14,603 bases of DNA, taken from the NCBI GenBank assembly GCA_040755455.1, contig JBFMAY010000063.1:1-14603 (forward strand). Direction: 5' to 3'. The notes beneath the pieces are model-generated. The model made no database searches, had not been told where the DNA came from, and saw only the letters and a program-made list of their open reading frames with translations. Position numbers and translations under genes: made by a program. The stretch comes from Thermodesulfobacteriota bacterium. GTDB lineage: Bacteria > Desulfobacterota > Desulfobulbia > Desulfobulbales > SURF-16. The stretch's first letter is position 1; every line of letters starts with the position of its first letter. Positions 1 to 6,922 of this stretch are shown piece by piece.

Positions 1-1
1 T

Positions 2-769
2 ACGGGAAATGACGTCCTCGCCGTAACGGATCTGGCCGTTGTAGGCCGAGGCCTCGGCCAGCACCTTGCCGGTATTGAGATCCATCAGGATACCGCTCAC
101 CGTGGTGGTGCCGATATCCACCGCCAGACCGTACAGACGGTCCGTGGTGTTGCCCGGCTCCACGGCGATGATCCTGTCCGGCTCCTCCTCCCGCTTGCCG
201 CGCAGCATGATGGCGGTAATCTCCCAGTTGGCCTCTCTGATGACAAAGGGCAGCTCCCGCAGCATCTCAGGATGATCGTAGGTCGGCTCCTTGCACTCGA
301 AACAACCCTTCCTGATGCCCCGCAGCAGACGCTGTAGGTCAGGGGCATTGTCGTCCATGGTCGGCGGATCGAGCTTGATAAAGCGCTTTTCCACCGGCGG
401 GTCCACGTCCCATTTGCCGATCAGTGATTCCAGTGCCCGTGCCGAGATCGCCCTGGTGGTCTTCGGCTTGCGCTTCAGGGCCCGGCCGTCCTTGCCCATC
501 GCCTCCGGTACTTCCACCAGCAGATCGGAAACCACCTTGGTCTGGCAGGCCAGCCTGACTCCATGCTCATATTCTTCGGTTTTGAGCTGAGCCCGCTCCG
601 AGGAGACCTGGCCCTCCTTGATTTTCACCTTGCACTTGCCGCACACCCCCTCCCCGCCGCAGAAGGCATGGATATAAACGCCCGCCGCAGCGGCCGCCGT
701 CAGCAGATTTTCGCCGTCATTAACGGTGGTCGTGGTTTTATCCGGCAGAAATGTAATTTTTTTGCTCAT
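2..769 (-). CDS. ASKHA-domain / DUF4445 protein with N-terminal 2Fe-2S ferredoxin domain (RACo-like reductive activator of corrinoid proteins); runs off the left edge of the window
   Basis: Not in the ORF track because it has no stop in the window. Manual translation from ATG at 769: MSKKITFLPDKTTTTVNDGENLLTAAAAAGVYIHAFCGGEGVCGKCKV...RLACQT (C-x5-C-x2-C...C 2Fe-2S motif), then YGLAVDIGTTTV (ASKHA phosphate-1 motif) and YNGQIRYGEDVISR, typical of RACo/RamA-like activators. Confidence 0.92.
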   Translation of the reverse strand, partial: MSKKITFLPDKTTTTVNDGENLLTAAAAAGVYIHAFCGGEGVCGKCKVKIKEGQVSSERAQLKTEEYEHGVRLACQTKVVSDLLVEVPEAMGKDGRALKRKPKTTRAISARALESLIGKWDVDPPVEKRFIKLDPPTMDDNAPDLQRLLRGIRKGCFECKEPTYDHPEMLRELPFVIREANWEITAIMLRGKREEEPDRIIAVEPGNTTDRLYGLAVDIGTTTVSGILMDLNTGKVLAEASAYNGQIRYGEDVISR

Positions 770-811
770 TTTCTTATCCTGTCTGAAGTGACACCAAAGC
801 GGTCTGTTGAC

Positions 812-839
812 ACAATATCAGGAAGTATGCTCTTGTCAA
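812..839 (-). promoter_or_regulatory. Putative sigma-70 promoter for the RACo-like gene
   Basis: Minus strand reads TTGACA (839-834), 16-bp spacer, TATTGT (817-812) preceded by TGn (extended -10), about 43 bp upstream of the ATG. Confidence 0.55.
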
Positions 840-924
840 GAAACAACAATATATCTGTTAGAGCGGACGGCGGCGTGGCCGGAACAGTCCACCTGACAAA
901 GTCCGGCGCGAAAACAGAATTCTC

Positions 925-953
925 TTGTCATCATTGGTAAGTCCCGTTACAAT
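925..953 (+). promoter_or_regulatory. Putative sigma-70 promoter for trxA-trxB
   Basis: TTGTCA (925-930), 17-bp spacer, TACAAT (948-953); each hexamer is 5/6 to consensus. AGGAGG RBS at 1040-1045 downstream. Confidence 0.7.
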
Positions 954-1053
954 GATCACGTTATTCTGCGTAAACTTTTTATGGACACCATCCACCGCAC
1001 ACATCGATCACTAACAGTTATTCCTGATATACTCAATCCAGGAGGAGAGAAAT

Positions 1054-1377
1054 ATGGCTGATGAAAAAGTTATTCATGTAACAGATGGAGATTTTCAGGA
1101 AAAAATTCTGAAATCCGACATTCCGGCCCTGGTGGACTTCTGGGCCCCCTGGTGCGGCCCCTGCAAGGCAATCGGTCCCATGATTAACGAACTTGCCGGC
1201 GAATATGAGGGCAAGGTGAGAATCGCCAAAATGAATGTGGACGAGAACCCGGAAACCCCAGGCAAATACGGCATTCGCGCCATCCCCACCCTTATCTTCT
1301 TCAAAAACGGCAAAGTTGCAGATCAGATCACCGGCGCGGTGGGCAAGACCCAGCTGGTGGCCATGCTCGACAAGTAA
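1054..1377 (+). CDS. trxA: Thioredoxin
   Basis: 107 aa, VDFWAPWCGPCK active site, YGIRAIPTL cis-Pro motif, strong AGGAGG RBS. Confidence 0.98.
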   Translation: MADEKVIHVTDGDFQEKILKSDIPALVDFWAPWCGPCKAIGPMINELAGEYEGKVRIAKMNVDENPETPGKYGIRAIPTLIFFKNGKVADQITGAVGKTQLVAMLDK

Positions 1378-2312
1378 TGGCTGAGACAGACTATCAATTG
1401 ATCATCGTGGGCGGCGGGCCGGCCGGACTCACCGCCGGGCTCTATGCCGCCCGGGACAAGATGAATGTGGTTCTGCTGGAAAAAGGGGCGGCCGGCGGCC
1501 AGGTGCTGAATACCGACTGGGTGGACAACTATCCCGGTTTCCCGGAAGGGATATCCGGTTTTGATCTGGCCGAAAAAATGGCGGCCCAGGCCCGGCGCTT
1601 CGGACTAACCACCCGACTCTGCGAAGTAAAATCCATGGACCTGGCCGGTCCGGTCAAAAAGATCTTGCTGGAAGGGGGCGAAACCCTGACCAGCCGGGCC
1701 GTCATCCTGGCCACCGGGGCCCGGCCCAACCAGCTCGGCATCCCCGGCGAAAAGGAACTGACCGGCAAGGGTGTTTCCTACTGCGCCACCTGTGACGGCC
1801 CTTTTTACCGGGGGCTGGAGATCGCCGTGGTCGGCGGCGGCGACACCGCCATTCAGGAGGCCGTCCATCTGACCAAGTTTGCCAGCAAGGTCATGGTCAT
1901 TCACCGCCGGGACCAGCTGCGGGCGACCAAGGTCATCCAGGAAAAGGCCTTGGCCAACGACCGGATAGAATTCATCTGGGACACGGTGGTCACCGAGGTG
2001 ATGGGCAGCACGGAAGTCGACGGGCTCCGGCTGAAAAATGTCAAGAGCGGCGCCGAGACCACCCTGGCGGTCAAAGGCTGTTTTGTGCTGATCGGCATCC
2101 GTCCCAATAATGAGATGCTGCCCTTCGACCAGCTGGACAATGAAGACGGCTTTATCAAAACTGACAAGGAAATGCGGACTTCCCAGCCGGGGGTAATGGC
2201 GGCCGGCGATATCTGCAGTAAAGAGGTGAGACAGATCGTCAACGCGGCAGGAGAGGGCGCGGTCGCCTGCCTTGCTGCGGAAAATTATCTGAGCACTCTC
2301 CAAATGACATGA
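1377..2312 (+). CDS. trxB: Thioredoxin-disulfide reductase (low molecular weight, NADPH-dependent)
   Basis: GGGPAG FAD-binding motif, GVSYCATCDG redox CxxC, GGGDTA and HRRDQLRA NADPH-binding motifs, AAGD; start overlaps the trxA stop (TAATG). Confidence 0.98.
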   Translation: MAETDYQLIIVGGGPAGLTAGLYAARDKMNVVLLEKGAAGGQVLNTDWVDNYPGFPEGISGFDLAEKMAAQARRFGLTTRLCEVKSMDLAGPVKKILLEGGETLTSRAVILATGARPNQLGIPGEKELTGKGVSYCATCDGPFYRGLEIAVVGGGDTAIQEAVHLTKFASKVMVIHRRDQLRATKVIQEKALANDRIEFIWDTVVTEVMGSTEVDGLRLKNVKSGAETTLAVKGCFVLIGIRPNNEMLPFDQLDNEDGFIKTDKEMRTSQPGVMAAGDICSKEVRQIVNAAGEGAVACLAAENYLSTLQMT

Positions 2313-2315
2313 ACA

Positions 2316-2360
2316 GGGCACGATGCGCTGACATGGCGTATCCTGTGCCTTTCTGTTTTT
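2316..2360 (+). terminator. Possible intrinsic terminator after trxB
   Basis: Imperfect stem GGCAC-GATGCGC ... GCGTATC-CT-GTGCC followed by TTTCTGTTTTT immediately after the trxB stop. Confidence 0.5.
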
Positions 2361-2383
2361 AAAACACAGCTCCCCACAGGCAA

Positions 2384-3208
2384 ATGAAATATTCTTTAAC
2401 AGATCACCCCATGCGTCATCTCTCCGGCAAACTCACCCTGGTTTTCCTCTGCGCGGCACTGCTTTTTCTTCCAGGCTGCTCCGTGTTCCAAGACATAAAG
2501 TCCATGTTCAGCGACGACTCGGATACCATGCAGGCCGGCCCTGAAGCTCTGGCCATGGAAGGCCTGGACCAGTTCACCCACGGCCAATACACAAGCGCCC
2601 TGAAGGTTTTCCGGGAAATCGAGGAACGTTTCCCCTTCAGCCGTTTCAGTCTCATGGCCGAGCTCAAGGCAGCTGACTGTCATTACTATCTCGGTCATTA
2701 CAGCGAGGCGATCAGCGCCTACGAGGACTTTGCCAAAAACCACCCGACCAATGAGGCGGTCCCCTATATTTACTTCCAGATCGGCATGTGCCACTTCAAC
2801 AAGATGGACACCATCGACCGGGATCCGGGCAGCGCCATAGATACGCAAACAGCCTTTGAAAAACTTGTCCGTCTCTATCCGGCTTCCCCTTACACGGAAG
2901 AGGCCAGGGCAAAAATCAAGGTCGCCCGTGATTTCCTGGCCGGCCATGAGATGTATGTGGCCAGATTTTATATGAAAACGGAAAAAATGCAGCAGAGCAT
3001 GGCCCGGCTGCAATATCTGCTGGATAACTACCCGGACAGCTCGGTCGCCCCTGAAGCGCAAGAGCTCCTGGCCCAGCTGCAGGCGGGCGAGCCGCCGGAA
3101 AGCAAATGGCGCGACTGGATACCGGAGATCGGCCTGCCGGACATGTCCATCTTCGGGGATTTCGGCAAGGTGTCGCCGAATCAACCATCGAGCACACCGT
3201 CTGATTAA
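2384..3208 (+). CDS. bamD: Outer membrane protein assembly factor BamD (TPR lipoprotein); true start may be ATG at 2411
   Basis: Signal peptide with lipobox LPG-C, TPR helices, family-typical segments RFPFSRFS, F..NHPTNE.VPY, DRDP, YPASPY, LAGHEMYVARFY, YPDS. Confidence 0.93.
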   Translation: MKYSLTDHPMRHLSGKLTLVFLCAALLFLPGCSVFQDIKSMFSDDSDTMQAGPEALAMEGLDQFTHGQYTSALKVFREIEERFPFSRFSLMAELKAADCHYYLGHYSEAISAYEDFAKNHPTNEAVPYIYFQIGMCHFNKMDTIDRDPGSAIDTQTAFEKLVRLYPASPYTEEARAKIKVARDFLAGHEMYVARFYMKTEKMQQSMARLQYLLDNYPDSSVAPEAQELLAQLQAGEPPESKWRDWIPEIGLPDMSIFGDFGKVSPNQPSSTPSD

Positions 3209-3388
3209 GAGATGGTCCGTAAATAAGCTTTTCAGGGATCACGCCGTATTTTGAGACGAATTTGGGCGTGACGATTGAACAAAACCACAGGCGTAGCTGC
3301 GCTACGGCGAGGATTTTGTGATTGAAAAGCGGCCAAAGGCGGCCAAAAGACGGATGTGAGAACAAAAGTTTTATTTACGGACAAGCTC
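3209..3388. mobile_element. 180-bp non-autonomous MITE-like palindromic element
   Basis: Left end GAGATGGTCCGTAAATAA (3209-3226) versus reverse complement of right end GAGCTTGTCCGTAAATAA (3371-3388), 16/18 identical. Flanked by TAA on both sides (3206-3208, 3389-3391). Central perfect hairpin CGTAGC-TGC-GCTACG (3292-3306), with further imperfect pairing along the arms. Confidence 0.8.
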
Positions 3389-3954
3389 TAAGGCTGGCTG
3401 CCGCCTCTCTGCTTGAGCTGCCTCCACCGCTTGTCATATCGCTCCTGCTCGCTGTAAATACAGCCGCAGTACGACTGGCGGTACAGCCCCATGGCAATTG
3501 CTCCGTCAATTCCCTCCTGCCACCCCTGCCGGAAGTCCCGGTAATAAAAGGGCACCCCGTATTGTCTGCCCAGGGCCTCGCCCTGCTGCCGGATCAAGTC
3601 GTGGTTCTGGTAGCGGCTGTAGAGCAGAGTGGTGGAGAAGGCATCCGCCCTGACCGCGGCGGCATGCTCCGCTGCCGCGGCAAGACGCATCCCGTAGCAG
3701 AGGCCGCAGCGCTCATCCTCATGAAAGACCACCTGGCGCAGGAAATGGCGCAGGCCGTATTCCCGCCTGATCTCCACCGCAAAACCCATCCGGCTGGCCA
3801 GCTCCTCCAGGGCCTGTATCCTCTGCCTGAACTCCCGGAAAGGATGGATGTTGGGATTATAGAAAAGTCCGCTCACCTCCAGCCCTTCCCGGCGCAGGAC
3901 ATCAAGGGGATAAACGGTGCACGGCCCGCAGCAGACATGCAGCAGTATCCTCAT
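3388..3954 (-). CDS. queH: Epoxyqueuosine reductase QueH (DUF208)
   Basis: [36 protein letters not shown] and [12 protein letters not shown] motifs. Confidence 0.95.
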   Translation of the reverse strand: MRILLHVCCGPCTVYPLDVLRREGLEVSGLFYNPNIHPFREFRQRIQALEELASRMGFAVEIRREYGLRHFLRQVVFHEDERCGLCYGMRLAAAAEHAAAVRADAFSTTLLYSRYQNHDLIRQQGEALGRQYGVPFYYRDFRQGWQEGIDGAIAMGLYRQSYCGCIYSEQERYDKRWRQLKQRGGSQP

Positions 3955-5504
3955 GGGTTGCGCACCTTGTAATCCTGGGCATCGATACCATACTTATGGA
4001 TCTTGTAGTTGATGATGCGCAGGCTTGTGTCAAGCAGTTCGGCGGTTTTGGTCTGGTTGCCGTTGGCCATTTTCAATGCATCAACGATGAGCTCCTTTTC
4101 AAAATTCTCCACCGCGGCGGTCAGCGACAGGGGGTTGCGCTCACTGGTGCTTTCCGCGCTCTGCAGGGTGGGCGGCAGATGGTAGCTTTTGATGGCGTCC
4201 TCATCGCAGATCAGCACCGCCCTTTCCATGCAGTTCTGCAGTTCACGCACGTTGCCGGGCCAATGGTACTGCATGAGCAGATCGATGGCTGGAGTGGAGA
4301 TACGGCCAATATTCTTATTGTTTTCCGCACAGAACTTCTGCAGGAAATATTCGGCCAGCAGCAGCACATCGGTGCGCCTTTCCCTGAGCGGCGGCAGGTA
4401 GATCGGAAAGACATTGAGACGGTAATAGAAATCTTCCCGGAACTGCCCGCTTGCCACCGCTTTTTCCAGATCCTTGTGGGTCGCGGCGATCAGCCGGACA
4501 TTGCACTTGATCGGGTTCGCCCCGCCCAGCCGCTGAAATTCCCGGTCCTGCACGACATTGAGCAGTTTGACCTGCACCGCATGGCTGAGGTCGCCGATTT
4601 CATCAAGGAAGATGGTGCCGCCCTCCGCCTGCTCAAAACGCCCTTTCTTCAAGGCATTGGCGCCGGTAAAGGCCCCCTTCTCATGGCCGAACAGTTCGCT
4701 CTCCAGCAGGGTCTCCGGCAGGGCGGAACAGTTCACCACCACAAAAGGCTTCTTCTCCCGCTTACTGTTATAGTGGATGGCCTTGGCGACCAGGGTCTTG
4801 CCGGTGCCGGATTCGCCGCGCAGGAGAACGGTGGCATTGGAGTCAGCCACCCGGTACATCATCTCGAACACCTCCTGCATGCGGCTGCTGTTGCTGACGA
4901 TATTGCCGATCTGGTATTTGCCGCGCAGCTCTTTTTTCAGCAGGGTGTTTTCCCGCTCAAGCCTTTTTCGCTCCTCGCTTACGGCAAGAATGCGGGTAAC
5001 GGACTGGGCGATCAGGCCGGAGATAATGGTGAGGAAACGGAGATCCTTGTCAAAATCCAGCCCTTCCCGGTATTCCCGGTCCACACTCAGGGCGCCGATT
5101 GATTGCTGGCCATGTTTGATGGGCACGCAGATAAACGAAACCATCTTCTGTTTGATATCGCCCCGGGAACGGGTACGGTTCAAAAAAAGCGGCTCCTCGC
5201 TGATCTGCGGCACGACGATGGGGGCCCCGCTTGCCACAACCCGGCCGGTAATCCCCTCGCCCACCTGATATTTGCCCCGCTTTCTGGCCTCGGCGGTCAT
5301 GCCGTGGGCCACCTCAATTTCCAGAATACCGGTGGCGGGATTGATGATGCTGACCGTCCCGTTAGGCATGCCCTTCTTTTCGGCCAGAATCTCCATCACC
5401 TGCCGCAGGCAGTCGCGGAGATCCATGGTGGAGGCAAGGACCTTGGTTATCTCATAAAGGGTCGTGATTTCAGCTAATTCATATTCTGCTGTTTTCTGGT
5501 CCAT
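3951..5504 (-). CDS. NifA-like sigma-54-dependent transcriptional activator (GAF + AAA+ + Fis-type HTH)
   Basis: Probable start MDQKTAEYE at 5504 (purine-rich AAGAGAAAG upstream) rather than 5672. GAF segment GEGITGRVV...SFICVPIK, Walker [41 protein letters not shown]-terminal [13 protein letters not shown]. Confidence 0.93.
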   Translation of the reverse strand: MDQKTAEYELAEITTLYEITKVLASTMDLRDCLRQVMEILAEKKGMPNGTVSIINPATGILEIEVAHGMTAEARKRGKYQVGEGITGRVVASGAPIVVPQISEEPLFLNRTRSRGDIKQKMVSFICVPIKHGQQSIGALSVDREYREGLDFDKDLRFLTIISGLIAQSVTRILAVSEERKRLERENTLLKKELRGKYQIGNIVSNSSRMQEVFEMMYRVADSNATVLLRGESGTGKTLVAKAIHYNSKREKKPFVVVNCSALPETLLESELFGHEKGAFTGANALKKGRFEQAEGGTIFLDEIGDLSHAVQVKLLNVVQDREFQRLGGANPIKCNVRLIAATHKDLEKAVASGQFREDFYYRLNVFPIYLPPLRERRTDVLLLAEYFLQKFCAENNKNIGRISTPAIDLLMQYHWPGNVRELQNCMERAVLICDEDAIKSYHLPPTLQSAESTSERNPLSLTAAVENFEKELIVDALKMANGNQTKTAELLDTSLRIINYKIHKYGIDAQDYKVRNP

Positions 5505-5732
5505 CTTTCTCTTTTTTGCACGCGAGAGGGGGGGGACAATCTCTAATAATGCCCAGCGGGATCCGGTATCTGCACAGGCCTGTTGCTGCAGCGCATGCAT
5601 GCAGGGTAAACGATAAGAGGAAAAAAGACAATTTGATGTTGCGTAAAAATTGGGGACGCCGGCGCACAGCATACTTTTCGCGCAGCTCCGGCAAATCCGG
5701 GGGCAGGCAGGCGGGGAAAAGAGAGGCTTGCG

Positions 5733-5990
5733 TTATTTTATCATTTCCGAGGTGGGGAAAATAAGGGTCACATCTTTTCTGCTCAGACTCAGGAACTTTG
5801 TTTTGGCGATCAATTTGTCATCCGACAGATAATAGATGGCCGCATCAGTGACCGGCAGATAATCGGAGGTTGCCTCGGCCATGAAATCCGTTAATCTCTC
5901 CTGGGGAAGAGTATGTACTATACCAACGATCTTGAGACTGATAGTCAAGATGATGACTTCAAATGAATCCTTGTCGATTTTCACGTACAT
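5733..5990 (-). CDS. Small hypothetical protein (DUF6812-like)
   Basis: 85 aa, GGAG RBS 6 nt upstream of ATG, own promoter candidate. The pattern KIVGIVH...ERLTDFM...YLPVTDA.IY...FLSLSRKDV resembles what I recall as DUF6812; not verified by search. Confidence 0.75.
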   Translation of the reverse strand: MYVKIDKDSFEVIILTISLKIVGIVHTLPQERLTDFMAEATSDYLPVTDAAIYYLSDDKLIAKTKFLSLSRKDVTLIFPTSEMIK

Positions 5991-6065
5991 AAGGCACTCC
6001 GCAATATACGAACTGTAAACAGAAAATAGATGTGGACCGGGGCTGTCGAAATGAAACTTTGTAAA

Positions 6066-6094
6066 ACAATATCATCGCTTTCGGCAAATAGCAA
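6066..6094 (-). promoter_or_regulatory. Putative sigma-70 promoter for the 85-aa gene
   Basis: Minus strand TTGCTA (6094-6089), 17-bp spacer, TATTGT (6071-6066) with TGn extended -10. Confidence 0.5.
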
Positions 6095-6134
6095 GCAATC
6101 TCCCCGCAAAAAAACGGGCGGATATTTTCTTTTT

Positions 6135-6659
6135 TCAGCCATCGAGATAACCCGCCAAAACCGCGGTCCAGGCTTCATATCCCCTGCCGGTCAGATGCAC
6201 GCCGTCGGGCAGAAAGCAGACCTGCCCGGCCCGCTGCGCCGCCACAAAGGCCGCATGCACGTCAAGATAATCGGCATTGGCCAGACCGGCTATGAAGCAC
6301 AGCGATGCATTGAGCCGCGGCACCGTATCGGCCGCCAGCCAGGGAAAGCGAAACGGCAGCAGGCTGGTTACGGCAATGCGCGCCGCGGGCAGGCCGCGCC
6401 GCACCCTGCGCAGGATCTCTTCGTAATCCCGCAGAAAGGCATAGTCCTCCCCGGCCAGATTGTTGGCCCCGATCATGACGACCACCACATCGACCCGGCC
6501 CGCGGCGGCCAGCTCGCCGGCAACCCGGTCCAGCAGCCCGCCGACCCTTTCTCCGGCCTGGCCGCGGTTGAGCATGGTCAGATCCGTGAAACACGCCTGC
6601 CAGTCAAAAAATGCAACCAGCGAATCTCCCAGCAAAAGTATTCTCGCTGCTCTGTTCAT
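6135..6659 (-). CDS. SGNH/GDSL-family hydrolase (esterase/lipase)
   Basis: Block I LLLGDSL, block II NRGQAG, block III MIGANN, block V DGVHL; GGAGG upstream; no signal peptide. Confidence 0.92.
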   Translation of the reverse strand: MNRAARILLLGDSLVAFFDWQACFTDLTMLNRGQAGERVGGLLDRVAGELAAAGRVDVVVVMIGANNLAGEDYAFLRDYEEILRRVRRGLPAARIAVTSLLPFRFPWLAADTVPRLNASLCFIAGLANADYLDVHAAFVAAQRAGQVCFLPDGVHLTGRGYEAWTAVLAGYLDG

Positions 6660-6796
6660 GGGACATGCCGCCTCCGACGTGATTTATGCGGTGAATTTTC
6701 CGCGGTAATGATATCCTAATCGACAACAATATAAACAGCATATCACCATTGCCCCCATTTTTGCCGGCAGCGGGAAATATTATCAAAATACTAATT

Positions 6797-6811
6797 AGAT
6801 AATAATTACTA
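6797..6811. promoter_or_regulatory. Fur/PerR-family-like operator (7-1-7 box)
   Basis: AGATAAT-A-ATTACTA versus the Fur 7-1-7 consensus TGATAAT-N-ATTATCA (11/14), within a very AT-rich patch abutting a -35 hexamer. Confidence 0.5.
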
Positions 6812-6840
6812 TTTACTTATTTGCCGGATCTGCGTATTAT
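6812..6840 (+). promoter_or_regulatory. Putative sigma-70 promoter for the DUF1566 fusion gene
   Basis: TTTACT (6812-6817), 17-bp spacer, TATTAT (6835-6840); AGGAGG RBS at 6912-6917. Confidence 0.55.
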
Positions 6841-6922
6841 TAATAAAAACCTTCAGCAGACTATTACGCCACAGTTTTCGACAGGAACATCCCGGCACAC
6901 CATTTGACAACAGGAGGCACTC

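Noticed and set aside
1054..2312. Selenocysteine recoding in the thioredoxin system
   Set aside because: Both active sites use ordinary Cys codons (WCGPC, CATC) and the proteins are full length at their stops.
1605..5477. Long antisense ORFs (1605-2321, 2396-3184, 3322-3972, 3996-5102 and similar; also 6929-7714, 9993-10976, 12924-13778, 14079-14603)
   Set aside because: Shadow frames opposite well-supported genes, expected with GC-rich codon usage; no motifs.
5628..5659. ACA-N6-TGT and GCGT-N11-ACGC dyads upstream of the activator as autoregulatory sites
   Set aside because: Arms are only 3-4 bp and do not match the NifA TGT-N10-ACA site; cannot be distinguished from chance.
3951..5672. 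Calling the regulator nifA and using the long start at 5672
   Set aside because: The architecture is NifA-like but there is no nif context here. The first 56 codons look non-coding and the GAF-type region begins at the Met at 5504.
5505..6134. Riboswitch (e.g. c-di-GMP-I or preQ1) in leaders upstream of the activator-queH unit
   Set aside because: I could not find the conserved motifs on the minus strand by eye; an Rfam cmscan would be needed to exclude it fully.
6893..6908. Possible sigma-54 promoter CGGCAC-N5-TTGA
   Set aside because: Lacks the required GC at -12 and sits directly against the RBS.
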